A DNA stretch of 35,838 nucleotides from Deinococcales bacterium (GCA_043778225.1 JAYWGM010000026.1:1-35838); one strand, 5' to 3'. Positions 1-9,468 are shown, numbered from the stretch's first letter. The notes: generated by a model not told the origin, from the letters alone. Numbers and translations are program-made.

Positions 1-873
1 ATGCCAGTGGCTTGCGTCAAACTGCATAGTATCCCAGCCTTGTGGCTCGAGCCTTGCATCAAAAGTTTCGCCCATTAAAAAATCGGAAGCCCGAATCGCA
101 CCTGTGCTGACTTTCCATTTGTCCCATTCGCCACTCGAGGTGATGATTTGCTTTGAGCCGTCGGTCAGTTCAAGCTCGAGTTGTGCCAGAAGCTGAGGCA
201 ATGCGCCGTAATGCCGACGTTGGTGTTTGTAGCCAATAAACCCCGCAAACCAACCCTCGCCAAGAATTGCACCCAGAACATTCTGACCAACTTGAATATG
301 TTTGGTCACATCAAGCGTTTGATATTCGATACGCTTGGCATAATCCGTCCAACCGGGCGCAAGGGCTGCATCTCCAATCCGCCTGCCGTTCAAACTGGCG
401 ATATACAAACCTCGGGCAGTGATGTACAAACGTGCTTTGGCGATTGGTTGTGTCACCTCAAAACTCGAGCGTAAATACGGGGCTGGCAAAGGCTCATCGA
501 GCGTTATCCCAACCGTTGAATCAAAGCCAATCCACTGGGCTGACCAATCTGAAGGCTCGAGCAAACCCATTTCCCAAAAAGCCGTTTCGCTCCACTCGCA
601 TATTGTCTTGCTTTCATCCCAGACACGCACTTGCCAAGTGCAGTGCTGCCTCGAGATTAAGCCTAGACCAGCGTACTCGATTTGCGACATTTGGCTCGAG
701 GCAACTCGCCCAGAATCCCAAATAATCTGGTTATGGCTCGAGACTTGAATCTGATAAGCGATTTGTAGCACATTGCGGCGGCTTGACTCGAGCATCCAAC
801 TTAAACGCGGATTTGTTTCATCTATACCCAGTGGATTCTCGAGGTATTCGCAACGCAAGTTTGCAATTTTCAT
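1..873 (-). CDS. alpha-L-rhamnosidase, GH78 family, N-terminal part (runs off the window)
   Basis: Hand-translated from ATG 873, which overlaps the TGA of the upstream gene (ATGA): MKIANLRCEYLENPLGIDETNPRLSW...AYQIQV...WDSGRV...WQVRVWD...FWEMGLL..DWSAQWIG...APYLR..F...ARLYITARGLY...LAPGWTDYAKRIEYQTLDVT...GEGWFAG. This is the typical GH78 N-terminus. The frame is open to base 1, so the ORF track lacks it. Confidence 0.92.
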   Translation of the reverse strand, partial: MKIANLRCEYLENPLGIDETNPRLSWMLESSRRNVLQIAYQIQVSSHNQIIWDSGRVASSQMSQIEYAGLGLISRQHCTWQVRVWDESKTICEWSETAFWEMGLLEPSDWSAQWIGFDSTVGITLDEPLPAPYLRSSFEVTQPIAKARLYITARGLYIASLNGRRIGDAALAPGWTDYAKRIEYQTLDVTKHIQVGQNVLGAILGEGWFAGFIGYKHQRRHYGALPQLLAQLELELTDGSKQIITSSGEWDKWKVSTGAIRASDFLMGETFDARLEPQGWDTMQFDASHWH

Positions 874-1865
874 GATTGCACCTGTGGCGCGACAAGCGGT
901 AACTCGAGCCACGCCAAGCCAATGTCACGTTCCATATGCCATAAGTCCGAGCCAGTGTAGCCATCGTAGTAAATGGCTAGTCGGTTGCCGATTTTAAGCA
1001 CCGAGGGTAAACCAATAATGTTTTTTGACCAAGTGCAATTGCTCGAGTCTAGCACCACAGCTTTATTTTCTGGATTCCATTTGGTCAAATCTTGCGACCA
1101 ATAAACCCAAATGGCATCGGTGTACTCGGCTTTGGAGATGGGGTCTATGCCAATGTGGTTGGTAAATAAAAACCATGTGTTGCTCGAGGCTTCAAAGTAC
1201 AAACTGCTGTTTTCGACTTGCTCGGTTATCGGAAAAACCGGTTCGGTATCCACCACCCACGCACTGTTCAGGTCTTTAGTCCGAGCCAAGCCAAGGGTGC
1301 GTTTGATGCCATCGGCTTGGTGAACTGCGGCTGCAAAAAATATCAGGTATTCGCCTTGGTGCGCCACCACCATCCCCGGACTGGCAGTATCGGCATAAAA
1401 AGTATTCGGTACAGCCGCGACTGGAATAACACTGGGTTGCTTATGCCAAGTTCCATCGGCTGTTTCGGCTCGAGCCTTCAAGGTTTGGTACGGAAAAGCA
1501 GGTACTTTACCTGGCATTCCGACATTGGGTGTACCAAGGTAAAACATATGCCAAGTTGTGCCATCAAAAAAAGTCGTGCCATAACTGGTAGAAGCCGAAT
1601 CTGGTGTGCCAGCCGCACCTAACTCGAGAACCGCGCCTTGTTTTGTCCAAGTTAGACCATCGGGGCTGATTGCCAGTGCCGCCAGCCAACCGACTTCAGA
1701 CGCTGCATCGTAGTGCATATAAAAACGTTGGGTATCGGTAAAAACCCAGACATCTCGAGCATTAAATTGGTCTACTGTATCGCCGTGTCTCAGCACCACA
1801 CCAAAGTCCTGAGCCTCGAGCCGCAAAGTAGCATGGGGACGACCATCAATATAATTAGGCTGCAT
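870..1865 (-). CDS. five-bladed beta-propeller glycoside hydrolase-like protein (GH43/32/130-like fold), substrate unknown
   Basis: Repeated propeller-blade motifs (FYMHYDA, ISPDGLTWTK, WHMFYLG, GLARTKDLNSAW, SQDLTKW, LAIYYDG..DIGLA). AGGAG RBS upstream. Translationally coupled to the GH78 gene. Confidence 0.7.
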   Translation of the reverse strand: MQPNYIDGRPHATLRLEAQDFGVVLRHGDTVDQFNARDVWVFTDTQRFYMHYDAASEVGWLAALAISPDGLTWTKQGAVLELGAAGTPDSASTSYGTTFFDGTTWHMFYLGTPNVGMPGKVPAFPYQTLKARAETADGTWHKQPSVIPVAAVPNTFYADTASPGMVVAHQGEYLIFFAAAVHQADGIKRTLGLARTKDLNSAWVVDTEPVFPITEQVENSSLYFEASSNTWFLFTNHIGIDPISKAEYTDAIWVYWSQDLTKWNPENKAVVLDSSNCTWSKNIIGLPSVLKIGNRLAIYYDGYTGSDLWHMERDIGLAWLELPLVAPQVQS

Positions 1866-1946
1866 AAAACTCCTTACTCTGCACAGGGTGATAAATCCTA
1901 TGCTCGAGTTAATCTAAAACGCTGGTTGGATCTTAGTTCTCGAGCA

Positions 1947-2010
1947 ATTATATGTGCTTGAGCTAGACTCGAGAATGCCATGCGGTGCTAAAAAGATGTA
2001 CGATATTCCT
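1947..2010. promoter_or_regulatory. divergent AraC control region: two 21-bp-phased half-sites, target-operon -10 (TATAAT, minus 1947-1952) and regulator -10 (TACGAT, 1999-2004)
   Basis: The minus strand reads AGGA-N8-CAT then AGCA-N8-CAT 21 bp later, the geometry of E. coli araI1/I2. It aligns without gaps to 10339-10402. Confidence 0.65.
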
Positions 2011-2970
2011 GTGGCTTTTGTAAAATTGGAATCCCCGCACCCACCTTTTGCACCGTTTATTCATATAGCCCCGCGTCATGAACTTAAACACGCTGGTTAC
2101 TATGCGTGGCGGGTTCAGGGTACACATGATTGGTTACTTAAACACACCATTGCTGGACACGGACGATTTACTTATGAAGGCGGCGAAATTATCACCAAAG
2201 CTGGCGATGCGGTGCTGCTCAAACCGGGAACACGCCACGATTATGGTACGGCAGACCCCACAGCCTTGTCACATCCGCCAAGACAGGAGTTGTCACATCC
2301 GCCAAGACAGGAGTTGTCACATCCGCCAAGACAGGAGTTTTCACATCCGCCAAGACAGGAGTTGTCACATCCGCCAACATGGGAAGTGATTTGGGCGCAT
2401 TTTCGTCCACGCACCGAGTGGCTCGAGTGGCTCAACTGGCACGAAGTCGCATCGGGTGCAATGCACTTACACATCAGCGACCCAATAGACCGTAAACGCA
2501 TCGAAAAGCAATTGTTTGACATGAATCGCCTTGCCAGAAGCGATTCGCCGCGCCGTGAAGCCTTTGCAATGAATGCCCTCGAGAAAGCATTTTTGCTGTA
2601 TGACAAGCACAACCCAAATTTTGGCATCAAACACACCGACCCTCGGGTCTTGGCGGTTCTCGAGTACCTACAACAACACTTGACCAAAAAATTTCACAGC
2701 GCCCATTGTGTGGCAATCAGTGGATTATCGCAAAGTCGGTTGTATCATTTGTTTGGGCAACAAGTCGGGCAGAGTCCACAAGAACATTTAGAGTTGTTGC
2801 GAATCGAAAAAGCCAAGCATTTACTCGAGCAAACCCGCAGCACGATTCAAGATATTGCTTTAGCGCTTGGTTTTACCGACCCCTTGTATTTTAGTCGGCG
2901 TTTTAAGCACCGCACAGGCTTTAGTCCACGAGAATACCGAGAATCCATGTCCAACCGTGAGCAATGGTGA
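2011..2970 (+). CDS. AraC-family transcriptional regulator (arabinose-binding-like cupin plus double HTH) with an in-frame 8-aa repeat insertion
   Basis: C-terminal SRLYHLF..Q.G.SP...LRIEKAKHLL...IQDIALALGFTDPLYFSRRFKHRTGFSPREYR. Clear paralog of 9469-10338. Start reassigned to GTG 2011 from the conserved upstream context (TACGAT-attcct-GTG vs TAGAAT-aatcct-ATG). Confidence 0.9.
   Translation: MAFVKLESPHPPFAPFIHIAPRHELKHAGYYAWRVQGTHDWLLKHTIAGHGRFTYEGGEIITKAGDAVLLKPGTRHDYGTADPTALSHPPRQELSHPPRQELSHPPRQEFSHPPRQELSHPPTWEVIWAHFRPRTEWLEWLNWHEVASGAMHLHISDPIDRKRIEKQLFDMNRLARSDSPRREAFAMNALEKAFLLYDKHNPNFGIKHTDPRVLAVLEYLQQHLTKKFHSAHCVAISGLSQSRLYHLFGQQVGQSPQEHLELLRIEKAKHLLEQTRSTIQDIALALGFTDPLYFSRRFKHRTGFSPREYRESMSNREQW
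2266..2377 (+). repeat. 24-bp tandem repeat, 4 full copies plus a 16-bp partial, encoding (L/F)SHPPRQE
   Basis: TTGTCACATCCGCCAAGACAGGAG at 2266, 2290, 2314 and 2338 (one G>T change), partial copy at 2362-2377. Confidence 0.97.
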
Positions 2971-2976
2971 AGCTGT

Positions 2977-4065
2977 TCACCCTCTCAAACTTGCAACAGT
3001 CGAATGACGCACAATCAACCGCGTCTCGAGAATGACGGCTCGGGAGGCTAATCGTGTTTCAGAGCCGTTGGTTATTCGTTCAAGCAGCATCTGCGAAATA
3101 ATGCGTCCAAATTCGTAGCCCCTTGGATGGGCTGCAACTGTGATTGGTGGGTAGGATTCAGCCGTGGATGTCCCGTCTCCGATACAAGCCAAGGCTAAGT
3201 CCTGCGGGATTTGCAAATTTAGCACTCGAGTGGCTTGAATAACGCCGTTGGCAATCAGTTCGTCGGCTGCAAAAATAGCACTGATTTCTGGGTGCTGCTC
3301 GAGTAATACTCTTGTACCAGCCAGACCTGTTTCTTTTTGAAAATGATCGAAATAGATGATTTCAGGTCGTATTGGTAGATTGTATTGTTTCAAGGCACGC
3401 TCATAGCCAGTGGTGCGTCTCGAGCCTGTGCTGCTGTGTTGTGGTCCGTTAATTAAAGCAATTTTTCGGTGTCCTAAAGCCAATAAATGGTCTACTGCTT
3501 TGAACGCTGCCAGTTCTTCGTCAATCGAAACCGAATCGGCATTTGGCATCACCAAATCGGGTGTTAAGCCAACTACGGGTAAATCCATTTGCTCGAGTTG
3601 CTTGGCTAAGTTGCGTCTGGCGTTGCCTTGAGCGCTGCTGCTGGGCTTATCTAAAATGGCGGGTTCAATCAAGATTCCGTCCACGCCAGTTTGGGCAAAG
3701 GTGATTAAGTTCCGCAGTTCACGGTTGGGTTGGTCGTCGGAGTTCGCCAGTAATAACTGGTAATTGTTTTGGTCAAGTGTATCTTGTGCGCCTCGAGCGG
3801 CTTGCGAAAAAAATGGATTGGTAATGTCGGAAATTAAAAGTGCAATGCGTTTGGTTCGTTTGGTCACGAGGCTGCGAGCGCTGCCATTGGGAATGTATTT
3901 GAGTTCTTGGATGACGGCTAAAACCCGTTGTTGGAGGGTTGGGTCTACTTTTGGATTGCCATTCAGGACTCGAGAAACAGTTGCCGTCGAAACACCTGCT
4001 TTTTCTGCCACATTGTAAATGTTGACACCAGTTTCGGGAGTGATGGTTTTACGGCGAATGGTCAT
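2977..4065 (-). CDS. LacI-family transcriptional regulator
   Basis: N-terminal IYNVAEKAGVSTATVSRVLNG...LKYIPNGSARSL HTH and hinge, followed by a periplasmic-binding-protein-like effector domain ending LIVRHST. Confidence 0.95.
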   Translation of the reverse strand: MTIRRKTITPETGVNIYNVAEKAGVSTATVSRVLNGNPKVDPTLQQRVLAVIQELKYIPNGSARSLVTKRTKRIALLISDITNPFFSQAARGAQDTLDQNNYQLLLANSDDQPNRELRNLITFAQTGVDGILIEPAILDKPSSSAQGNARRNLAKQLEQMDLPVVGLTPDLVMPNADSVSIDEELAAFKAVDHLLALGHRKIALINGPQHSSTGSRRTTGYERALKQYNLPIRPEIIYFDHFQKETGLAGTRVLLEQHPEISAIFAADELIANGVIQATRVLNLQIPQDLALACIGDGTSTAESYPPITVAAHPRGYEFGRIISQMLLERITNGSETRLASRAVILETRLIVRHSTVASLRG

Positions 4066-4075
4066 GAATGGATAG

Positions 4076-4090
4076 TGTAAGCGCTTCCCA
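4076..4090. promoter_or_regulatory. LacI-type operator overlapping the lacI promoter (minus -10 TACACT 4074-4079, 8 nt from the ATG)
   Basis: TGTAAGCGCTTCCCA matches the LacI-family TGNAANCGNTT pattern and the perfect site at 4252. Confidence 0.65.
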
Positions 4091-4206
4091 ACATAAAGTA
4101 CAAGTTGTTGTTTTCTTAACTAAAAGGTTTGTTTCTCTATATCCATCTTGTAGAACAGGATTTTTTGAATTTATAATAAGAATCAGGATGCTCTTTAGCG
4201 CGAGGC

Positions 4207-4236
4207 TTGACAAGTGGCTTTAAGACAAGCTAACAT
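4207..4236 (+). promoter_or_regulatory. sigma70 promoter of ABC operon 1
   Basis: TTGACA-N18-TAACAT. Confidence 0.65.
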
Positions 4237-4251
4237 CTTTTTACTAATCCA

Positions 4252-4265
4252 AGTAAGCGCTTACT
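4252..4265. promoter_or_regulatory. LacI-type operator
   Basis: Perfect palindrome AGTAAGCGCTTACT with central CG, just downstream of the predicted promoter and divergent from the LacI gene. Confidence 0.8.
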
Positions 4266-4377
4266 CAAAAGATTCTCAATCTGAGTGGCTGTTGTCGCTC
4301 GAGCTAAAAGAGTTGGCGGACTTTGTTTTAGGTGTGTTTATGCAGAGTAAACCCATATGTGTACAAAGGAGCAGCGT

Positions 4378-5421
4378 ATGATTTCAAGAAAAATTGCCAT
4401 TGCATTTGCCGTCTCGAGTTGCCTTGCCGTGGCAGCCTATGCCCAATCTGGACGCTGGACGGCTGCCGAAGTCAAGACTGCCAGTGGTAGAGAAGGCTGT
4501 CAACAATTGGCGGTACTGCCTAAGCGTTTAACCCGCCCTTGGAAGCTCTCTTTTATTAGCCCAAACAAAGGTCATCCGTTCTTTGGCGTTTGGTCTGGCG
4601 CGATGAAAGATGCTGCTAAGTTTTACGGCGCAAGCATTGCCGAAACCGATGCGGCTGGCGATTACAGTAAAGTCCCCGACTTACTCGAGACGATGCTGGC
4701 AGCTAAACCTAATTTTGTTGGCACGGGCGGCACTGGTCCGGATGTCACCGATGGAGTTGCTGCTCGCCTTCAGGACTTAAAAATTCCATTTATGGGGATT
4801 GACACTGGTCCGAATGAATACTCGCCGTATGTCTACGGAATCCCAGATAATTTTGCTGGAAAACTGGGCGCAGAAACCTTGGCTAAAGGGGTACAAGCCC
4901 GTCAAGCTGCCGATTGGAAAGGAAAAGAATTGTTCTTTATCGAATTCACGATTAAAGGTTTCCCAGTTTGCGCTAACCGCACCGGTGCATCGGCAAAAGC
5001 CTTCAAGTCTGCCTTTAAGCTCGATGATAAACACGTTTTAACCGTGGATGTGGGTACTGGAATTTCTGGGGCAGATGGTATGAAAGCCATTTTAGCTGCC
5101 AATAAAAATGCAGTCTTTGCTTTTATTCCATGCTGGGATGGTCTGGGCTTTGATGGCTACAATGCTGCCAAAGACGCAGGGCGCGAAAAAGATGTGATGA
5201 TGGTCACACTCGGTGGCGATAAACCAAGTGCCGATTTACTGATGACCAAACCAGTCGGTTACTATGGTTACGTCGAATTCCAACCGTACTGCGAAGGTTG
5301 GGGTTGGGTCGAAAGTGCGCTTGGTATCCTCCAAGGTGTGCCAATTCAACCGTACCAAACACGCCGAGTCACCACCCAAGCCAATATCGAAACACGCTAC
5401 AAAGAACTCTACGCCAAATAA
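4378..5421 (+). CDS. monosaccharide ABC transporter substrate-binding protein (RbsB-like, CUT2)
   Basis: AAGGAG RBS before ATG 4378. Signal peptide ending AYA-Q. HPFF...MKDAAK and IPFMGIDTG...GIPDNFAGKLGAE motifs. First gene of a CUT2 operon. Confidence 0.85.
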   Translation: MISRKIAIAFAVSSCLAVAAYAQSGRWTAAEVKTASGREGCQQLAVLPKRLTRPWKLSFISPNKGHPFFGVWSGAMKDAAKFYGASIAETDAAGDYSKVPDLLETMLAAKPNFVGTGGTGPDVTDGVAARLQDLKIPFMGIDTGPNEYSPYVYGIPDNFAGKLGAETLAKGVQARQAADWKGKELFFIEFTIKGFPVCANRTGASAKAFKSAFKLDDKHVLTVDVGTGISGADGMKAILAANKNAVFAFIPCWDGLGFDGYNAAKDAGREKDVMMVTLGGDKPSADLLMTKPVGYYGYVEFQPYCEGWGWVESALGILQGVPIQPYQTRRVTTQANIETRYKELYAK

Positions 5422-5440
5422 CCTAAGCCTCCTCCTCCTT

Positions 5441-5474
5441 AAAAGCCGTCCATGTGCCACAATGGGCGGCTTTT
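5441..5474 (+). terminator. stem-loop after the binding-protein gene (partial terminator or mRNA stabiliser)
   Basis: AAAAGCCGTCCAT...ATGGGCGGCTTTT inverted repeat. Confidence 0.7.
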
Positions 5475-5493
5475 ATCCGACGCAAGGGAACAC

Positions 5494-6483
5494 ATGACTA
5501 CTTCTACAATAAAAATAGCCAAAGCACCCTCGAGCCGATGGCTAATTTGGTTACTCGAGAACGCAATTTTTGTGGCACTGGCACTGGCAATAGTGGTTTT
5601 TTCGCTGGCTTCGCCTGATAATTTTTTTACCACCACCACTTTTATTGCCGTGCTGCGCTTTGCTTCGTTGGGTGGTATTTTGGTGGCGTTTTTTACCTGC
5701 GCGATGATTGCTGGGCAACTGGATTTATCGGCATTAACCGTTGGGGCTTTAGGTGCGATGGCGTTTGCGGTTTGTTTCCAAGTGCTGCAATTACCGCTTT
5801 TATTGGCACTTATTATTGCTCTTGGGGTGGCTGCACTGTTTGGCGCACTGAACAGTCATTTAATTTACCAGGTACAGATTCCTTCGCTGGTCACGACACT
5901 TGCAGTCGGAACACTGGCGTATGGTGTCAGTTACTTGTTGCTCGATGCGTTTGGAACTTCTAACATCATGCGGCTATCGAGACCACCGCTACGCAGTTTA
6001 ATCAATACCGAAGTGCTGGGATTACCCATTTCGATCGTGCTGATGTTTATTTGCTACTTTGTTTTGTATATTGTCCTTAACCATACCAAGCTCGGTTCGC
6101 ATATTTACGCGGTTGGAGCAAATGCCAATGCCGCCCGCTTAAACGGGGTTCGTGTCTCGAGCGTGATTTATTTTGTTCTCATCAGTACAGCAATGGCGGC
6201 TGGTTTTACCACCATTATGCTGGGCGGGCGGCAACTTGCCGTTACCCCCCTGATGACGGTGATTAGTGCGCCGCTTGTGGCATCTTTATTTGCTGGTGTG
6301 AGTTTATCGGGCGGGTCTGGTCGGATTGAACGCACACTGGTTGGGGTATTATTTTTTGCAGTTCTTGGCATTGGGCTCTCTATTTTGGCATTGCCATCTT
6401 GGGTGCGGTTTAGTGTTGAAGGATTGGCGTTTATTTTAGCCTTATTGACCGATAGTATTCGCAATCATTTGGAGACTCGCTAA
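5494..6483 (+). CDS. sugar ABC transporter permease (RbsC-like)
   Basis: Hydrophobic helices with GQLDLS, IPSLVTTLA, HTKLGSHIYAVGANANAARLNGV and GVSLSGGSG motifs. Start at ATG 5494 after AAGGGA. Confidence 0.9.
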   Translation: MTTSTIKIAKAPSSRWLIWLLENAIFVALALAIVVFSLASPDNFFTTTTFIAVLRFASLGGILVAFFTCAMIAGQLDLSALTVGALGAMAFAVCFQVLQLPLLLALIIALGVAALFGALNSHLIYQVQIPSLVTTLAVGTLAYGVSYLLLDAFGTSNIMRLSRPPLRSLINTEVLGLPISIVLMFICYFVLYIVLNHTKLGSHIYAVGANANAARLNGVRVSSVIYFVLISTAMAAGFTTIMLGGRQLAVTPLMTVISAPLVASLFAGVSLSGGSGRIERTLVGVLFFAVLGIGLSILALPSWVRFSVEGLAFILALLTDSIRNHLETR

Positions 6484-7472
6484 TGGAAAATATTCAGCGT
6501 GGCTCGAGTAACTTTAAGCAAAGCCAAGAAAAAGTAATTGATTTCTTACTCGAGAACGGATTGTACTTATCCACGATTATTTTATTCATAGGTTTTTCAG
6601 TTTCAATTCCAAATTTTTTTGGACTCGAGACGGCTGTCAATATTTTATCCTCAGCTTCGCTTAAAGGCATTATTGCCGCAGGTTTTACAATTGCCTTAAT
6701 CGCTGGACTGATAGACACCTCGATTCTTGGCGTGGCGGCTTTTACCACAATCCTGACTGGTGTACTCTACCAGCAACTTGGGTGGTCTTTGGCTGCCACA
6801 TTGTTGACGGTCACTTTTGCGGCTTGTGTTTGTGCTGCTATCAACTATTCGTTGGTGGTGCTGGCAAAAGTCAATTCTTTTGTGGTCACGACTGCCACTG
6901 GTGGATTGTTCTTAGGTGCAGCTTTGTTTTTTGGCAATGGGCAAACGATTGTGATTGTGCGTACCGAATTTCAGGATGTCTTGATGGCACGTCCACTTGG
7001 CATTCCAGTTTCGGTTTGGTTGCTGTTTTTGGTCTATACAGTTGCTTATATCATGCTCAATCACACCAAACTTGGAGCGCATATTTACGCCAGTGGTGCA
7101 AATGCCAATGTGGCTCGAGTCACAGGGGTTCGCACGGCTCGAGTCACGATGATTGCTTTTGCCTTGTGTGCCTTGGCAACCGCGCTTGGGACAGTGCTTT
7201 CAACAGCGCGTTCGGGTAGTACCTTATTGTTTGGCACGACTTTTCCTAGTTTTGACTTAGCCGAAATTTTTACAGCCGTGTTACTTGGAGGCGCAAGTTT
7301 ATTTGGTGGTTCTGGCAAAATAGAACGCAATTTGGTGGCGATATTGTTTTTAACAATTTTGGTTTTTGGACTGCAAATGCTTGGGACAAAAACAGGAATT
7401 TGGCTGGTGGTTAAAGGTATTGCCTTTGTAGCCGCCATTATTTTTGATGTCATACGACAAAGGAGAATCTAA
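6483..7472 (+). CDS. sugar ABC transporter permease (RbsC-like)
   Basis: GLIDTS, HTKLGAHIYASGANANVARVTGV and AVLLGGASLFGGSG motifs. Confidence 0.9.
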   Translation: MENIQRGSSNFKQSQEKVIDFLLENGLYLSTIILFIGFSVSIPNFFGLETAVNILSSASLKGIIAAGFTIALIAGLIDTSILGVAAFTTILTGVLYQQLGWSLAATLLTVTFAACVCAAINYSLVVLAKVNSFVVTTATGGLFLGAALFFGNGQTIVIVRTEFQDVLMARPLGIPVSVWLLFLVYTVAYIMLNHTKLGAHIYASGANANVARVTGVRTARVTMIAFALCALATALGTVLSTARSGSTLLFGTTFPSFDLAEIFTAVLLGGASLFGGSGKIERNLVAILFLTILVFGLQMLGTKTGIWLVVKGIAFVAAIIFDVIRQRRI

Positions 7473-8246
7473 ATGCTACAAGCCCCAGAAATAATTCTCG
7501 AGACTCATAACCTTTCAAAATCCTTTGCGGCGGTTCAAGCCGTACAAGAAGTCAATTGGAGTGTCCCGAAAGGACAAGTCTCTGCGCTGCTTGGCGATAA
7601 CGGTGCAGGTAAAAGCACCTTGGTTAAACTGGTTTGCGGCGCGATTATGCCAAGCTCTGGTGAAATTTGGGTTCGTGGTCAACCAGCCCGCATCACAGCC
7701 CCAAACGATGCACTCGAGTTAGGCATCGCACCGGTTTATCAGGACTTAGCCCTGATTGAAAGCCGCAACGTCACACAAAATCTTTTTCTAGGCGGAGAAT
7801 TAACCCATGGCTTATTTAATTGGTTTTTAGACCATAAACGCATGGAACTCGAGACCCAACGGGTACTTGCCGAAATTCGCTCGAGAATCCCCAGTGCCAA
7901 AGAAATTGTACGAAAACTCTCGGGTGGGCAGCGCCAAGCCGTAGCAATCGCTCGAACCCTGATTCGTGGTGGCGAAATCATTATCATGGATGAGCCAACG
8001 GCTGCGCTAGGGGTAGAACAAACCCGTGAAGTGCTGAATTTAATCCAAACACTAAAAACCCAAGGAAAAACCGTGATTCTTATTACCCATAACATCAGTC
8101 ATGTTTTTGAAGTTGCTGACCAAGTATCGGTGATGTTTCGAGGCGAAATGATTGGTACAAAACGAACAGAAGACACCACACCCGATGAAGTCATAGCCAT
8201 GATTGTTGGCGCAAAAAGCGATCAAAAAACACTGGGGTCAGCATGA
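7473..8246 (+). CDS. sugar ABC transporter ATP-binding protein (single domain)
   Basis: Walker A GDNGAGKST, signature LSGGQRQ, Walker B IIIMDEPT, H-loop ITH. Confidence 0.95.
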   Translation: MLQAPEIILETHNLSKSFAAVQAVQEVNWSVPKGQVSALLGDNGAGKSTLVKLVCGAIMPSSGEIWVRGQPARITAPNDALELGIAPVYQDLALIESRNVTQNLFLGGELTHGLFNWFLDHKRMELETQRVLAEIRSRIPSAKEIVRKLSGGQRQAVAIARTLIRGGEIIIMDEPTAALGVEQTREVLNLIQTLKTQGKTVILITHNISHVFEVADQVSVMFRGEMIGTKRTEDTTPDEVIAMIVGAKSDQKTLGSA

Positions 8247-9379
8247 AAAAAGTAGAAACAATGGCATATTATTTTCCGCAATATCATCAAGACCCACGCA
8301 ATGATTCTTTACACGGTACAGGCTGGACCGAATGGAACTTGTTACGCAATGCCAAATCGCGTTTTGACGGACACCGCCAACCGATTATTCCAGCTTGGGG
8401 CGAATTTGACGAATCTGACCCAGTTTGGGCAGCCAAAGAAATAGACTTAGCGGCTGACCACGGCTTAACGGGTTTTATTTACGATTGGTACTGGTACGAC
8501 GGCAAACCATTTTTAGAAGCTGGACTCGAGCAGGGATTTTTACAAGCCCCTAACCGCAACCGCTTAAAGTTCGCCCTGATGTGGGCAAATCATGATTGGG
8601 TTCACTTATTTCCAAACAAAGCTGGTGTAAAACCCGAACTGCTGATGTCTGGCAGCACCAACCGCGAATCGTTTTCACGCCAGTGTGATTATATAATTAA
8701 GCATTTTTTTAGCCAAGAAAATTATTATTGTATTAACGGCGAACCGTATTATTCGTTGTATGAACTCGGAACGTTTATCAAGGGCATGGGCGGAGTGCAA
8801 GAAGCCCGAGAAGCACTCGAGGAATTTCGTGCCAAAGTAATTAAAGCAGGTTTTTCTGGACTGCATTTGAACGGCATTGTCTGGGGCGTGACCGTACTAC
8901 CAACCGAATTAAAACTCGATAATCCACGCGAAGTTGTCCAGCAACTTGGCTTCTCGAGCATCACATCTTATGCTTGGGTGCATCATTTTGACTTAGGTAG
9001 TGAACCTAAAACTCGAGCCTACACCGAAGCTGCTAATGCCAATTATGCAGTCTGGGAAGAATACGCCACCGCGTTTGGGATTCCGTACTATGCCAGTGTT
9101 TCGATGGGTTGGGATGCCAGTCCACGTACTGCACAAGACACAGAATTCAAGGTCATGGGTTATCCGTGGACAGCCATTCTCGAGGGCAATACGCCCGCCG
9201 CATTTCAAACTGCTTTGGAACGCGCTAAAAATCATGCTTTGAAACATCAAACGCCAATGGTCACGGTCAATGCTTGGAATGAATGGACAGAAGGCAGTTA
9301 CTTATTGCCAGACACAGTTGAAGGCACGGGGTATCTCGAGGCAATTCAAAATGTTTATGCACTCGAGACTGTAGGCTAA
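8243..9379 (+). CDS. GH99-like / WbsX-family glycoside hydrolase
   Basis: YYFPQYH, WTEW, DWYWY, MWANHDW, GWDASPR and NAWNEWTEGSYLLPD motifs typical of the WbsX/GH99-like TIM barrel. Confidence 0.8.
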   Translation: MKKVETMAYYFPQYHQDPRNDSLHGTGWTEWNLLRNAKSRFDGHRQPIIPAWGEFDESDPVWAAKEIDLAADHGLTGFIYDWYWYDGKPFLEAGLEQGFLQAPNRNRLKFALMWANHDWVHLFPNKAGVKPELLMSGSTNRESFSRQCDYIIKHFFSQENYYCINGEPYYSLYELGTFIKGMGGVQEAREALEEFRAKVIKAGFSGLHLNGIVWGVTVLPTELKLDNPREVVQQLGFSSITSYAWVHHFDLGSEPKTRAYTEAANANYAVWEEYATAFGIPYYASVSMGWDASPRTAQDTEFKVMGYPWTAILEGNTPAAFQTALERAKNHALKHQTPMVTVNAWNEWTEGSYLLPDTVEGTGYLEAIQNVYALETVG

Positions 9380-9380
9380 A

Positions 9381-9410
9381 TTTTGAGTCTCGAGTTACTG
9401 GAACTCAAAA
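9381..9410. terminator. hairpin between convergent genes
   Basis: TTTTGAGT...ACTCAAAA inverted repeat followed by a T-rich tract. Confidence 0.5.
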
Positions 9411-9468
9411 CTCAATTTTTTTATGACCAGCCCAAACCTCACGCTCGAGCAACTCGAAAATGGGAGCT

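Noticed and set aside
181..997. Plus-strand ORFs 181-474, 419-748, 432-725 and 773-997
   Set aside because: They are shadows of the minus-strand GH78 and propeller genes. The other short overlapping ORFs in the track were rejected for the same reason.
1954..2010. ORF-track start of the first AraC
   Set aside because: It overlaps the divergent promoter module. Alignment with the paralog supports GTG 2011.
2266..2377. 24-bp repeats as a CRISPR array
   Set aside because: The units are contiguous with no spacers, lie in frame within a CDS, and no cas genes are present.
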